A stretch of 64,000 nt of DNA from Amoebidium appalachense (taxonomy: Eukaryota; Protista; Ichthyosporea). Both the position numbers and the translations under genes were made by a program. The stretch lies in NCBI GenBank assembly GCA_963693365.1, contig CAVNZM010000003.1, positions 6,393,448 through 6,457,447 on the forward strand. Direction: 5' to 3'. Below, piece by piece: positions 1 to 47,637 of the stretch; position 1 is the first letter of the stretch, and each line of letters opens with the position of its first letter. Below the pieces are notes generated by a model, which worked only from the letters and a program-made list of their open reading frames with translations, made no database searches and was not told the origin of the DNA.

Positions 1-257
1 TACTACTTTACTCAGAGACTGTTTTTTCCCTCCATGCACCCAACACACCCTCTCATGTTTCTTTCCCCCTTTCACCACCACCCTTGCACAGATTTCTTTC
101 CCCCTTTCCACCTCTCTTTCTCACATCCCCCCCCCCCAACCTCCTCCCCGCTGCACCCTTTCTCACCTCTCGGTGTCCGTTCCATCACCCTTACTCACCT
201 CTCCCCCCCCCCCCCCCCCCCCCCCCCTCCTCCACCAATCCTTTTTTTTTTTTTCAG

Positions 258-9535
<9,278 letters not shown>

Positions 9536-10085
9536 CCTCCGCATATAACACCATGTCGTATAAATACTATCATATTCCGGGATAAAGTCGATGCAGGTGT
9601 GGAATCTTCCGCATATTTGCTATGTACTATTTCGGGATAATATAGGTGCAGAAGTAGATCTTCTCTCTGGTATGTATACGTGAGAATGTCAGATTCAGTC
9701 AGATTTCTCGTACTTGTGCCTCTAGGTTTGTACGACCATCCCATATATGCACAAACATGAACATATCAACTATAATACCGTACATACCCACACACCCCAC
9801 GTAACTCCTATATAGACGTATACACGTGCAAGTATCAGGTTCAACACACACTTCGCATTCTTTAAAGGTCGAAACACACACCCACACTACCCCAGGTGCA
9901 TGTACCGCATTCTGTAAACCCAGGGCTTACATAGTCTAGTGATATAGTCGAATCATAGAGCCTATAACCTTTCAACCTTTCGCCGTGTTTGGGGGGAGGG
10001 CTGAATGTGCTATGAAGTACGAAGTATACATAAACAACGGACAACCCGATGCAGATTGCAGACCACAAATAAAGAGTATGCATAA

Positions 10086-10111
10086 TAAGCAGAGCCCATC
10101 CTCCGGTAGGG
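10086..10111 (-). repeat. 3' fragment E of the structured element (downstream of the ECSIT stop)
   Basis: Minus strand gaggatgggctctgctta is identical to the 3' end of copy A. Confidence 0.5.
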
Positions 10112-10739
10112 AGGGGGGGGGGGGGGGGGGGGTGTGTCATCCACTGTACCCGGCAGTCATAGCACAAAAATCACATCAAATCGATCATACTGAGAGACAT
10201 TTGCTGCTGGCCAGCCAGCATTTATATCGCCGACGGGGGCTGCAACACTGTTACATCATTCATACCAATCTCAGTCGATTAGACTTTGTGTCTTGTATAC
10301 GCTACATGAAATCAACTGCTCATGTGCACGGCAATGTTCTCACCCTCATGCCCCACGTCGCAGGAAAAGAAGCGAAAAGAACGAAAGAGTTATGTGTTGT
10401 GGAAGGGTTGCATGGTGATTGGAATCCATGTGAAGGCTGTAGGTACGTGTGCAAATCAACACCTGAGAAGCTTATTTATGTACATTGTTACGTTGCCTTC
10501 AACAAAATTTGCTGGTTGTTCGAGCAGGGTAACGGTGACAGGCACGTGTGTGTGTGTGCACATGTGTGTGTGTGTGTGTGTGTGTGTCCATGTCCACGTC
10601 CAGCAGTGTGTGTGCGCGTGTGTGCACGCGCCCCCACGCACGTGCTCGTGTGTGTATATACGTATGTGTACGTGAACTACCAGTTGCCGTGCCTCTACAT
10701 GTGTACATGTGCGCACATGTCCACACAACACATGTATCT

Positions 10740-17743
<7,004 letters not shown>

Positions 17744-17883
17744 TGTGATTTGATTGATGGGGGGGGGGGAGGCACCCTCTCCCTGCCTATCCGCGTACCT
17801 TCCTGTGTGTGTGCTTGGGTGTGTTGTGTTTGAATGTGTCTGTGTGCATGTGGGAAAGGATGGGGGGGATCGGGTGTGTGTGT

Positions 17884-17915
<32 letters not shown>

Positions 17916-17955
17916 TGTCGAGTAAGTTTGTCTCTGTGTGTGTGTGCATGTAGAA

Positions 17956-17990
<35 letters not shown>

Positions 17991-18040
17991 TGTGTGTGCG
18001 CGCGTGTGTGTGTGTGTGTGTGTGCGCGCGCGCGCGCGTG

Positions 18041-18075
<35 letters not shown>

Positions 18076-18127
18076 TGTCTGTTTCTGGTGTGTAGGTGGG
18101 TGTCCCCTGTGTGTTTGTGTGTGTTCT

Positions 18128-18205
<78 letters not shown>

Positions 18206-18838
18206 GGCGTGTGTGTGTGGGTGGGTGTGTGGGTGTGTGGGTGTGTGGGTGGTTGGGTGGATGTGCGCATATATGTGTGTGGCTTGTCTGTGTTGTTTGT
18301 GTGTGTGATAGTGGGTGCATGTTTATGTGCTGGGGCTGGAGTGGAGGGGGGGGGGGGGGGTGGGTGTGTGCATGCAAGGAGTGGGGGGGGGGGGGGGGAG
18401 GGGGAGGGGAGGGTGTGGGGGGAGATGGCAGCAAATCATGTGTGCACGTATATGGGCTTACATGTACTTTGCCGGTGTATCTTTGCGTCTGTGCATATGC
18501 ATTTGGGTACCAAGGATGTTAAGGCTACAGGTGCATGTGCATGTGCGCGCGCGCGCACGTGTGTGTGCACGCCCGCGCACGCATGTGTGTGTATGTGTGT
18601 ATGTGCGTGTGCGTGTAAAGAGAGAGAGAGGGGGGTGGGAAGCGAGGGAGAGCGAGTGTGTGAGCGAGAGAGTGAGAGAGTGAGAGAGTGAGAGAGCGAC
18701 AGAGAGTTAGAGAAAGGGAGGGGGGAGGAGGGAGGGAGGGAGGGAGAGGGGGGAAAGGGAGGGAGGGAGGGAGAGAGAGAGGGGGGGGGAAAGGGAGGGG
18801 GAGAGAGGGAGGGACAGAGGGGGGGGGGGGGGGGGGGA

Positions 18839-18869
<31 letters not shown>

Positions 18870-20548
18870 AGGAGAGAGGGGGGGGGGAAGGGGAGGGGAG
18901 AGAGAGAGAGGGGGGGGGGGGGGGGAGGGGGGAGGGGAGAGAGAGGGAGAGAGATGGGGTGGAAGAGGGGGAGAGTAAGTTGAGGAAAGGGAAGGGAGGG
19001 AAGATGAGAGAGCGAGGGGAGGGGGGAGGGGGAGGGTGCGGGTGTATGAAGGAAATTGTTGAACTGAAACGCCGAATGCACATAGTTGTTGCAAAGAATC
19101 GTGTGTAGGAGAAATGAGACAGAAGATGTATGTCTGTTCGTGTGTATATGCTTGAGCGTCTTTAGGTGCTTATGCAAGCTTTTGACATACCTTTATAGAC
19201 AGGTGCAGTAGACTCTGCCAGTCCTCCCGTGACTATCTATTCTTTATTATAGTGGGCGATGTTTCATTTACACAGGCGGGAGAGAACTACTCTATGTGGT
19301 GAATGTCATCAGCCCCACATACGCTTTTGTAGCAACATTGGTCCAACTGTCCATAGAGATGATCAGGGGAGTAGATTATAACCCCAACCTACCCACTATC
19401 GCTTTGAGTGGTAGTAACACACGATTCGAGTCCCTCCCTCCTCTGGCCGCTTCCTACCTCTTCCCCGCCACTTTCTTGTTCCTCTTCTTTATATATGTAG
19501 CTACCTCTCCTCTCACTCTCTTCCTCCCTCGAGCTCCGGCAGTCCGGCGGCCCGGCCAGCTCTCTCTCGAGCTTCCCCCCCCCCTCCCCCCCTAAAGCAA
19601 TAATGTCTGATTGGCTTAGAGTGCATCGTCTTGCAAGATCTGGTCTCCACTACCTCTAATGGACCCCAAAGTAATGAAATTTAATTTTTTTAGGGCCAAA
19701 GTTGGCAAAGGTCCCTTGGCAAAGGATACTAAACAAAACTTTAGCACCGGGTTAACAGGAGCAAGACACATAGTTACTGATATTTGTTGGATATAAAATA
19801 TGTGTGTAGAATAATGGTTTGTAAAAATATATCTGATTTTATTTAATAGAAATTTTGGCCGATATTTGCAACACTTTGGTAAACTTTAATAGATGTGAAT
19901 AGTTAACTTTTTGGACCCCTGCTCTAGGAGCGGAAACACCTTCAAATGTATCATTTGATTGGCTAACCGAGTATCCATTGGAATGTGTAGAGTAACACCC
20001 TTAGCCAAGGAGTCTCTCTGCATGCCACACGGAAAGTGGGTGAAGGTGCAGAACGTAAACCGTTTAGAACATGCGTCAACTAGTTTTGAACATGCGTCGG
20101 TGTCAACTAATTTTAAAGGCGTTAAGTGAATAGGCAGTAGCCCTTCAGAGTTTAGAGAACACACAACACATCTATTCGTCATGTTCTGTCTGAACACGGC
20201 TAGTTACAGCCACACGCGTTTGTTACTGCGGCACTACCGGCGCACTGTTGGATCTCAGAATCTTCGCTGATCGCTAGAAACACGTACAAACACACACTGA
20301 AGCACAACACGCACGGACACACAAGCACGCACACATATAAATTTCTTATTAATAGGTATTTTTGCAAACAGGCGTGCGTGCACGCATGCACGCACGGGCA
20401 AGGGCCCTTGAAAACAGTGCGCACCAAATGGAACCAATAACATCATTCTAAATAGACCCGTTTCCTCCCGGGAACGCACGTACGGACACACACACGCGTA
20501 AACGCACGCGCACGCACTTGCGCATCGCGTGCCCGCTATGCATCCGCC

Positions 20549-31400
<10,852 letters not shown>

Positions 31401-31458
31401 TGTAAATTGGAGGATTTGTGTTGAATTTGAATTTTTTTTTTTTTGCTATGTGGGTGTG

Positions 31459-31567
<109 letters not shown>

Positions 31568-31571
31568 TATA

Positions 31572-31604
<33 letters not shown>

Positions 31605-31859
31605 CCTCCGTAGCTCTATATGTGCTTTCTCGTTCCTTGGTGCTTGTAGGGGGGGGGGGGGGGGGGGGTTTGACCGTGGCCATTAACTGGTATCTTTCCA
31701 TCCTGGTTTTTTCTTGTAAATAGAACATTGCTCAATGTGCGTATCGTTAGGCTTCGTAACAGTACGGAGACTTATGTAGTGTATATAATGATAAGGGTCT
31801 GGCTAAGACAAGTAAGACATGGAAATGTGTGTGACTGTAAATAGTCTCCTTTGTAAATG

Positions 31860-33510
31860 TTTTTTTTTTTTTATAATCTTTATTGATATGCTCAGCAAAA
31901 TAGAAGCCATCGAGATATCACCGATATCTCGGAGAAGAAAATACAAAAGCTCTTGGATACGGAAGAGATAACGACTTAAATAATCATACACCCTAGAAAA
32001 CTCATTAAACATACCGTGGTTCAACAGATAGTCAATAGACGTAATAGCAGGATTGTCTAAATAAGCCAGTCTTCTAATTTCTAACGGAATAATCTGAGAT
32101 AAATAAATACATCTATCTAAGTGTTTACGAGAAAAAGGTTCTGCCCAAAAGTGGCACAAACATTTATGGAAACAAAGGTTACAGCGCCAAAATAAACATT
32201 TCCAAGCTATGTCACAAGGAGGGGTTAGAATTGCAAAATCGGTAAGTGTGGTAGGTTTACGAGAGGAAGGATAAAGATAAGTAGCTAATTTACACAACGA
32301 TTGTAAAGAAAATAGACGAGTCTCTAATATAAAAAGAAGCACAGGCTCAAGAGCCCTACCATGATACTCTTTATCACAACGATGAAGCAAAGGATATTGA
32401 GTATGAAACCAACTTGAGTAACATACTGCTGATAACTAGTAGAAGAGAAAAATAAAGGAGATAAGTATTTAAAAGGATATCTCGGAATGGGAGAGAGATT
32501 GGGGATAGGACATTTCGCACGAACATTAGAAATGCCGGGAACAGGTGCTAAAGAAGGAAAGAATTGCAACAAAGGATGATAAGAAGGAAGCCTAAGAATT
32601 GCAACAAAGGATGATAAGAAGGAAGCCTAACCAAATGAAAACAAAAGCGAAGTCCTAATTCATTCATACGCTGGCGCGCCGGAGGGAGACCAAAAACACT
32701 CGGCAAGGGAGCCGCTAAAGGATGCCTACGCGAGGTTCGAGAAATAAACTGGATGAATTCACGCTGAAAGGAATCGAATTTCCGAAGAGCCGCGCGCTGT
32801 TGCCGCGGAGGGGCACACAATAGTAACGGGAGGCCATATTCGAAACATGGACGAAGAAAAACTTTAGAAAGAGTGAGCAAATTGGCAGGATGAATATTAG
32901 AAATATTTGCGAATATTCCTTGATAGATATGTAAGCGACCACGCGCACGAGAAATGCGCGAAGTCAAAAGTCGTTCAAACCAGATACCCTTAGAGGTGAA
33001 AGGAATACCTAAATAGTCATAGGAGGACACGATTGGGATAGGTTGATTGTTCAGAGTGTACTGTGCATTGGAAGAAAAGGTGCTGCATTTATCTATCCCA
33101 ATTTTCATGAAATTTCGGAAACACCAGTCATCTACTGGAGAAAGCATGTTATTCATGATAGAAGGATCGTGAGTGACTAAGACAATATCATCAGCGAAAA
33201 AAAGGCCGGAGACACAAGAGTTGCCGGCAACTGGAAATTGTTGAATTTCTACCGCTAAGTCGTCAATAAAGACATCAAAGAGAAGGGGACTCAAAAGTGA
33301 GCCCTGTAAAAGGCCTCGAGTACGATTGAATCCGTTACTCAGTACCCCATTCACAACGGCAGCCCCATGGGTGCGGTCAAATAATGCCTGAAGTAGCCGA
33401 CCAAAGGGAAGAGGTAGCCCTCGGGAGGCCAACTTGTGCCACAGCAAATTCGTTGGAACCGTGTCATAGGCATTCTTAAGGTCGATAAAGCATACCTCGC
33501 GACAGTCATC
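31860..33510 (-). mobile_element. 5'-truncated, frameshifted non-LTR (LINE-type) retrotransposon fragment
   Basis: Minus-strand RT motifs LIDLKNAYDTV, RGLLQGSLLSPLLFDVFIDDL, LFFADDIVL, YDYLGIPF. C-terminal Cys/His cluster (CLCH..FSRKHLDRC). A13 tract at 31860-31872 is a possible tail. Intronless and AT-richer than host genes. Confidence 0.88.
32561..32630. repeat. Perfect 35-bp tandem duplication disrupting the RT ORF
   Basis: gaattgcaacaaaggatgataagaaggaagcctaa x2. Confidence 0.92.
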
Positions 33511-33680
33511 CAGAACGAATAGTGTCGTGTAATGTATACAATCGATTTATCTAGGCCGTGGAATTTTGGATATCAGACGAGATAATGTTTGACTATCGCT
33601 GTATATGAGTGGCAACTGAATGAACACAGGATTTTCGTATCCAATACTTCCTTGATTGCCGTTCCCCCCTCCCCTCCTCC

Positions 33681-33719
<39 letters not shown>

Positions 33720-34514
33720 GAGCCTCCCCTGCCCCAGGGTTACACATCTGTATATCACGATTAACGCACACAAACACACATGCACACAGGCATGTACGCG
33801 GCACACGTGCGCGCACACACATGTGCATCCGGTACAGTGCACACGCATGTGTGCACGTGCGTGCCACTATCGCTAGTGAAGTGCAAAACAGGGGTGCAAC
33901 TATACTTAACGGGCCTGACCCAATCCCTCCCCCCCCCCCCCCCCCCCCCCCCACAAAAAAAAAAAAAAAAGCAACCCCCCCCCCCCCCCCCCCCCCCCGC
34001 CCCCCCCGCCCCCATGCTTCAAACCCATGCGCTTTTCTTAACTGAGCCGCCCGGAAAACCATTTTCACCTTTCGAAATCTTTCTCTAGTATAGGCAAAAC
34101 TCGTACCTACAGACCATGATAAGTGTTCTGGATAAACAATGAATTCTTAGATCGGGGCGTTAGCTAGCTAGACAGGACTACAGTGCATTCGCCATAGATC
34201 TAGACAAACGAGATAGAGTCTGAGATATTCACTGAACATTCAATGAGATATATCAACTGAAAATTGGTATATCTCGTTTCGTTGTGACGCAACCACACAG
34301 TATACGCGATTTGGACTATTATGCAATCGCTGGCAACCAAGGGCAAAGGGAGTGCTATTTAGAAGGCCTTACAATACACAAACACGTGCAAAGGATGTGG
34401 TAACAGAGAGAGCGCTATCAGACGTAGGTTGTAGAAGGTGTTAGAAGGAGGTAGAAAGGTGGTATAAAAGCACACGTAAACGGGTCTGTGCGTGTGCACG
34501 TAACGAGGGGGAGA

Positions 34515-39850
<5,336 letters not shown>

Positions 39851-41119
39851 CGGCCTTACGTAAGTCTTAGCAAGCCCGGTAACCAGCGCAAAGCCGCAAA
39901 CCGATCACCTGGGGCGAAAGAGTAGAGGTACATGAGGGGTGAATGGATGGATACAGCACAGTGCATGTGCTGTTAGCAACGCCTGTGAGGTGTGTGGATA
40001 TGCGCACAGAGGCCATTGCATGCAAAGAAAGTGTGTGCGTTTCCTGTCGCATGGAACGGACACATGGTGGCATGCACACGTCTGACACAAAAAACATACA
40101 CGTGATAGAGAACACACACACGTACATACACACTTGTATATGCGCACACGGACACACGGACACACACACGGACCTGTAAACTAGGCTTTTGTGCACCGGG
40201 TAATGCAATGCGTTCAGATACAATGTGTACACACGCACATGGACACACAATCGTTAAACATCTTTAAACTAAATTCATTGTAAATTTTAAAGCTTAACTT
40301 TCTCTCACTCCATACTGTGTGACAATCAGGCATGTTCTGCCACCCGCACATGTAGTACGTGTGCGCCAAAATATGGCAACGGTACCTCTACATTTGGCTA
40401 GATATGTGGCTGTGCCACATGGGGCTAGTAATATGTAATGACACGAGGTAATGCTTATTAAAACCCATTGTCATTCCTGCATTGACGGTTGTTCAATCTT
40501 CAAGTGCACACACAACATACTGCTCACAATACAGACGCACTGCGTGGAAATCCGAAGTTCGAAAACTCGTTACCTTCGAACACGGCACCCCATCGATCAG
40601 AGCATCATGACGCACGGCAAGTCTGGCCCGATGTGACAAGTACAAGGGTATACGCAGCGGTTGCACACACCCACCCATGCAGACACTTACAGAGGGACAC
40701 ACGGATGTGCCATAGCACACGCGTACTTTATTGCCGTATGCTTTCCACACACTCATTATACTTATACCTTCGTGCCGTTGCCCATACTTGCCATGGTGGG
40801 GCTGATTCATATCGTGCACCGACATGCATGTAAGCTGCAATGATGAGGTGCTGGCAGCAAAGGCAACTCAGAAAATAACGTGTATACGGATCGATGTTGC
40901 AAGGTATACATCATATGTGGAGATAAAACCTTTTTTTAAAAAAAAGAAAAACATTTTGCTTTTTTTTTTTTGTTTCCTCACGCGCACCACCTTCTGACGT
41001 CGATGATGCAATCTCCACCAATCATGTAGTTGTACAAGTGGAACAACAGTTCTTGTTTCAAACAACCATCCGGGGGGGGTGCGGCATGCCAGGAGCTACT
41101 ACTAGAGAGAAGGGGGGGG

Positions 41120-41225
41120 TATGATTGGAGGGGGGGTGTTCAGCTAACCTTATATGGATAAAGCAAAGTTACAAGGATTCAAGCCATTGGTTGGGCAAGA
41201 CCCCTTTTGCCGAATATGGATAACA
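41120..41225 (+). promoter_or_regulatory. Possible promoter of the transposase gene (CArG box, CCAAT boxes)
   Basis: CCTTATATGG at 41148-41157 fits CC(A/T)6GG. ATATGGATAA occurs twice. ATTGG occurs at ~41124 and ~41186. Motif match only. Confidence 0.3.
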
Positions 41226-41395
41226 GATCATACACTGCTGTAGGCGGCGGTCAGGAATTGGCGCGCTCTTTACTGGTCACAACCACCAGTCCGGGAAGGC
41301 CATGAGCAGCATTGCCGAGCACACTGGAATACGGGAATGTTTGCGGTAACGTAGTCGCACTAGGGGGGCAGGGGGCCAGGCCCCAAGTGTTTAAA

Positions 41396-42789
41396 ATGAA
41401 GCCAGGCTGCCCTAAGGGCACAACACAGCGCCCTGGGCATAAAACAGGCGGAGCTAGGGAGGGAGCTGGGCGCAAAAAAAAAGATGCTGCATTTGTTCAG
41501 CCTTTAGCGAACTTTGCAGGTTTTGGGACGGCAAACAAAGCTGTTTTGCAGGAACTAAACGTAAACGTACAACCCGAACAGCCCCCTCTATCTAAGGCCG
41601 CCGACATAAGGGCCCGTGTAGTTGAGGCAGGTAGCGTCCATTCGTTACCAAGAGAAATGGATCGGGCCCCTGCTCCACACCCACCAGACATACAGGTGCA
41701 ACCCGACGAGGAACCTTTGCTAAATGCAGCAGCAGATGCGTACCGGGTAGACGAGGATGAAGGGGAGGAAGAGGGAGAAGATAATACGGACGGGGATGAC
41801 GGTGGAGAGGAGTTTTCTGACGCGGCGGGCGAAACAATCAAGTCGCACCTGCACACAGTGAAAGAGAGTCTCAAAGATGAGAAGACGCCTGTGGGGTGGC
41901 ATCTTCCACCTCCCATTATAGGCTTTAAATTTGGGGGCGATCCAGCGCCTTTCTACAAACCCAGATGTTTTGCCTGGCTTCCGGAAAGGTTGTCTCCCGG
42001 TTTCATGGTGCCGTGCCCCTTCGATGATCACTACGTGGACCCCCACAACCACCCCAACCCACACCGTACTTCTCGCAATGGGTTCATGAGCAACCCCGTA
42101 GGACGGCGTGTTATCGACTTTGACAGCTGCTACTACATTATCACGGCCCGGTACTTTTGTGACACATGCAAAAAAAACTTTGCCGGCACAAACCCCCAGA
42201 CAATTAAACGCCTTCCACTCTTCATGCGTGATCAGTTTCCGGCCTACCTTAGCCACCGCAGTGGGCTCGACCTAAAGGTGGTAACATTGTTGCGTGCACT
42301 GGCAGACAAAGGTGTGGGCCCAAACGCCTTTGCCACCCTCCTCTCGGAGCTCCACAAGCAGCGATACGACGAGCAGCGGCTCCTGTATTACTCGAGGGCG
42401 CTGCATTGGACCAAGTATGAACTCAAAAAGCGTAACGATTTCCGCCCCCACGACCAGCGCCTGACAGAACTTCCCCCAGAGGAGCAGGCGGCTAAGTTCT
42501 CGGCGTTTGGTGACAAAAATGGTTACGCTGGACATGTGCCTTCAGGCAAGTGTGCACTGCATTTTGGGTGTGTAAATGGTCCCCATTGTTTTGTATGCAC
42601 GTGCTTGGGCATTTTTTGGGTTGGCTTGGTAGGGTTTTGTTTTATTATTTTTTATTTTTTTTTTAGGGGGGGGGGGGGGACTTGGAAATGGGTTTTGGAA
42701 GTGTGGTCAATAAGTTTCTATTATGGTGGTGGTGGATGTGTGGTGGTGGATGTGCGCCTGTGAGTGTGCGTGTACTTGTGGGTCCGTGT

Positions 42790-42847
<58 letters not shown>

Positions 42848-42924
42848 GGGGGAGGGGGGACATGGTGATGGATTAGGTGGTGGTGGTGGCAATCAGTCAT
42901 GGTGGTGGTGGTGGTGGTGGTGGT

Positions 42925-42963
<39 letters not shown>

Positions 42964-43108
42964 AGGGATCATCAGAGGGGTGAAAGCATAACGGTCCATG
43001 TACCAGTGAGTGTGCTTGGGAAATCGTGGAGAACTGTTATGCCTGAAATTAGATGGTGGGTGTGCGCATGTGTGTCTGTGTGTGTTGGGGGAAAGGAGGT
43101 GGAGAGGG

Positions 43109-43148
<40 letters not shown>

Positions 43149-44064
43149 GGGCACATGGTGGTAGACTGGATCTTGGTGGCGGTACTTAATGGTTATTATA
43201 GTAGTGGCAGGAGGGTGTGGGGGGAAGGGCAAACGGACGTGCAGGGGACAAACTGCAGATGGGGCACAAAGGGGAAAGAAGGTGAAAGTTGGTGCAATGA
43301 CTTGGAGGGTTTGCGCGCGCCGGGGAGGCGGGGGGAGGGGGGGGGGGGGGGAGGGGGGGGGGGGGGGCAAACGGCCGGAGATGGGTGTGTAGCGTTTTTG
43401 AGATGGGAAAAGCCATACAGACTTACGAAAATACAGAGAGGTGAGATGAACACGAGGGACTAGAGGGAATGGGGGGGATGGTCCTGATGGGAGGGTGGTG
43501 GAGTTCTAACAGTACTTGGGGTTCAGGCAAATACCTGAGTGCCGTGTATACTGAGTTCAGCGACCGCACGGCAAAGTACCAGAGCCTGGACACGCAGCTC
43601 AAGCCCGTAAACAACGTGCTCAAGGCCGACCACACCTTCCAAATTGGGAAGCTCACCGGCATCAATGGGGAGCCTCTGTACCGAGGCCTATGGACTTGTG
43701 TAAACGAGCTTGGCGGTGTGTGGTCCCTCCTCTTCTCCCCCCTCCCCCCACTCTCCCCCCAGGCCCCCTCTCCCCCCTCCCCCCCCCCCACACACGCCCA
43801 CCCCCCCCCCCCCCACACACACACACACACACACGCCCCCCTCCCCCCCCCTCCCCCCCCTCCCCCCTCTAGGGCCTTTAAATCTCTTAGGCTCCACATT
43901 TAATGAGGTGGCACACTGTGAGTAGAGGTTTGTAGTATGTGGGTTTTGGGGACAATTCTTGCCCTGTCGAGCAAAAACTAGGAAGCTCCAGATATGTGTG
44001 TATGTGTTTTTGCTGGGTAGAGATTGGGGTGGGCTGGGGTGGAGCTTTCTTTTGGCGGGGGAAT

Positions 44065-44116
<52 letters not shown>

Positions 44117-44167
44117 AGCTTCTGCCAAGCAGAATGGGAGTAGGGGCCAGTGATTGCAAGGGATGCA

Positions 44168-44201
<34 letters not shown>

Positions 44202-45745
44202 GAGACACCACCGTCGGGGTTGAAGGTAGAGAGGGCAAGAGGCCCGGGGTGGGGTGGGGGGGGGGGGGGGGGGGGGGACAGTAGGTGCCATATGGAGGGC
44301 TGTCCCATGGTTTGGGGGGAGGGGGAGTGGGGAAGGATCGTGGGCACATGGGTTTGGGGGGAAGGCAGAGAGGGGGAAAGGATTGTGATCACAAGGGTTT
44401 AGGGGGAGGAAGGGGGAAGGATTGTAGGTACATGGGTTTAGGGGGAGGGGGGGGGGGGAAGATTTTGGGGGAAAGGGAGGCCTGGGGAAAGTATGTGGGC
44501 ACATGGGTTTGGGGGGAAGGAGGGGGAAGGGTTTTGGGGGAGAGGGAGGGGAAAGTATGTGGGCACATGGGTTTGGGGGGAGGGAGGGGGAAAGGATTGT
44601 GTGGGCACTGAAGTCTCGTGAAGGGCCATGTGGTAAGGGAAGCTAGAACATGCATGGCTGCTCGGAGATGCCCTCTCACACAGTGCGGCACCCCAGAGAT
44701 CCGGGCGCAGGTATTTACACGGGACTGCAGCCACCAGGAGATTGAGCCCGTGATCCAGCGCATCTCTGCCACCACGGCGGCGCTCAACAGCAAGGGCCCG
44801 GCCTTCTTCTACACAGATCGGTGCTGCCAAGACCGGGCGTTTGTTGAGCGCATGTTTCCAACCCTAGCCCGGCCAAAATGCCCCGTCCGTCTGAACGAGG
44901 CTGCGCTGGTAAGCGTGACGGACGGTCTGCCTGGGCTGGAGCTGCCGGCCAACTACCCTAAGCCGGTGTACACCGACTGCCAGGGGGCGGTGGTGGCTAC
45001 AGCGGCCATTCGTGCCGACCTGGAGGGGCAGCAGCACCGCGTGGTGGGGCTGGACTGCGAGTGGGTCTATCGGGTGGGCCAGGCGCGGTCCAAGGTTTGC
45101 ACGCTGCAGATTGCCACCGCACGGGCCGTGTACATCTTCCACTTGGCACGCATGGGCCCCAACCACAGCCCGCCCGCGCGGCTGGTGGACGAGCTGATTG
45201 CGCTGCTTAGGGACCCCAGCATCATCAAGGTGGGCAAGCAGATCGGCACGGACTCGGCCCACCTCAACAAGGACTACGGCACCCCTGTGGCCAGCTATCT
45301 GGAGCTGGGCCGGTTCTGCTATGCCCGTGCAGCTATCACCTCTGCGGCCCGGGGCTTGGCCGACATCACTGCCCAGGTCATAGGCAAGAAGCTGCCCAAG
45401 CCGGCACTTGTTCGATGCTCCAACTGGCACGAGCCGCTATCAGAGGTGCAGGCCACCTACGCTGCCCTTGATGCATATGCGTCCCTGCAGGTCTACTCGG
45501 CCGTGGTCGATAGGCCAAACCTGTCAGGTGTGTATCCCACCTGCTTTTTGCCCCAGTGCTTATGTGCTTATGCCAGATATAGAAAGATTTTGGGCCCCCC
45601 AGAGGAGAGGGGAGGGGGAGGGGGGGAGGGGGGGGGGGGGGGGGGGGGGGGGGTGGCTGACCACATGGGCCAGTGTTCCAGTTGTGTTATGCTGGGTGTC
45701 GGGTGGCTATCAAAGGAGGGGGTGATTGGTGGTGGTGGTGGTGGT

Positions 45746-45789
<44 letters not shown>

Positions 45790-46823
45790 CTATAGCACTG
45801 TTAACACGTGCAAGTGCCACACAAGCTGGGCACTGGGAGAGGGGGGGGGGGGGGGGAGGGAGAAGGGGGGGGGGGGGGGGGGGGGGGAAGGGGGTTGCTA
45901 AGGAATATGCATTTGATTTTTGTGGAGCGAAGAGAAAAACGTTGGTGCTGTGGCTTTTTGGCTGAGTTTTTTGCTTCCCTCTATGACATGCAGCGCGGCT
46001 TCATGCAAAGGCACTCGGTGAAGGGGTTGAGATTGTGCCCCGGCGGGGCCCACATGCTGCAGCAGCCACCGGGGTGGTGCTGGCTGTGCAGCCGGAGCGC
46101 TGGGGGGGCATGAAGGTGGGCAAGAAGCATGCAGTGGTGCGGGTGGATCAGGTGCTGTCGCCGGCCATGCAGGTGCCCTTTGGCCCCGACAAGGGCAAGA
46201 CCCTGGGAGAGCTGGGCCCGCCGCCCTTTGAGCTGATGGTGCACCTGCAGTGGCTACGGCCCATTCAGCCCCCACCGGACCCAGGTGCCGAGGTGCCGGT
46301 GGTCCCTGACCCAGCCCCTCCCCCTGCCGAGCAGCAGCAACCCCTTGCCGGCCCACAGGCACCCCCCCAGGACCCCCAGGCAGCCCCGGGGGGCCTTGAG
46401 GCAGCCCCAGGGGGACCCGAGGCAGCTCCCAGAGAGGGCATGTTGGGCCAGGCACCGCCTGGGGAGGTGGTGTGGCAGACTGTGCTGAATGACGCCTTCC
46501 ACTCCATTGCAAACACGGCGGACGGCACGTACAAGTCACACCCCCGCAGGGCTGAGTACGCACGCGCACTCAGCGAGGCAATATTTGTGTGGAATGAAGA
46601 GGATTACGGACATGTGAAGGTGCCCCCCCCCCCTCCCCCCCCCCCCAAAATAAAAAATAAAAAATAAAAATAAAAAAAACGGCAACAACAACATGCGTGA
46701 CTGACGCGCACACACACATACACTCGTTAGCACACACTCACCATTCCACCCACAACCATGCACACCTTCGACAAAACTTCTGAGGGAAGAGAGAGAGCCT
46801 GAGCCTCAGAGAGAGGGGGGGGA

Positions 46824-46859
<36 letters not shown>

Positions 46860-47399
46860 GGGGGGGAGGAGAGTGGGGGGTTATTCATATGCCTAGAGAG
46901 AAATAATGTAGGGTTGTGGGGGGAAAGAGCCACATGCATTTTTTACTTGTGTTGGGGGAGAAGATGGGGGGGGTGGAGGGGAGGGGTCCTACAATAACGG
47001 CAGGTATCAAAGTCTACCAAACCCAAATTGCAGTGTGCGTAGTAAATTAATATTGGCATCCTGCCTCACAGGGGGTGCTGGAGCAGAAGGGCATCGACAT
47101 TGAAACCGAGCTCAAGGGCGGCGACCTGAGCTACTTCATGGAGCGCATCCGGCGGGTTATTCCCGACCCATACACGCTGGTCTCGCGGCTGGTGGAGTTC
47201 AAAAACACCTACAAGGATGTGCCGCCCGGACCGGATGGCAAGCCTCTGTTCAAGAAGGATGGCTTTGAAAGACTCGAGGCAACATCCCCCCCCCCCCCCC
47301 CCCCCCCCTGCAGGCGCCCAACAACTCCACCACCACAGAAAAGATTCTTCGCTTATTTGTCATCCTTGGTTCATCTGCACACACACGCACACCCTAGCC

Positions 47400-47432
<33 letters not shown>

Positions 47433-47436
47433 ACAT

Positions 47437-47506
<70 letters not shown>

Positions 47507-47578
47507 CCCGCACGGCCCTTGCTGCCTAGCCAGTTGTTTTTTGCCTTTCCCTGCTCGTTTTTTTCCTTAGCAACCCCA

Positions 47579-47637
<59 letters not shown>

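Noticed and set aside
44300-44610. CRISPR-like repeat/spacer appearance
   Set aside because: The spacers are related G-rich sequence, the context is a eukaryotic intron and there are no cas genes. It is a minisatellite.
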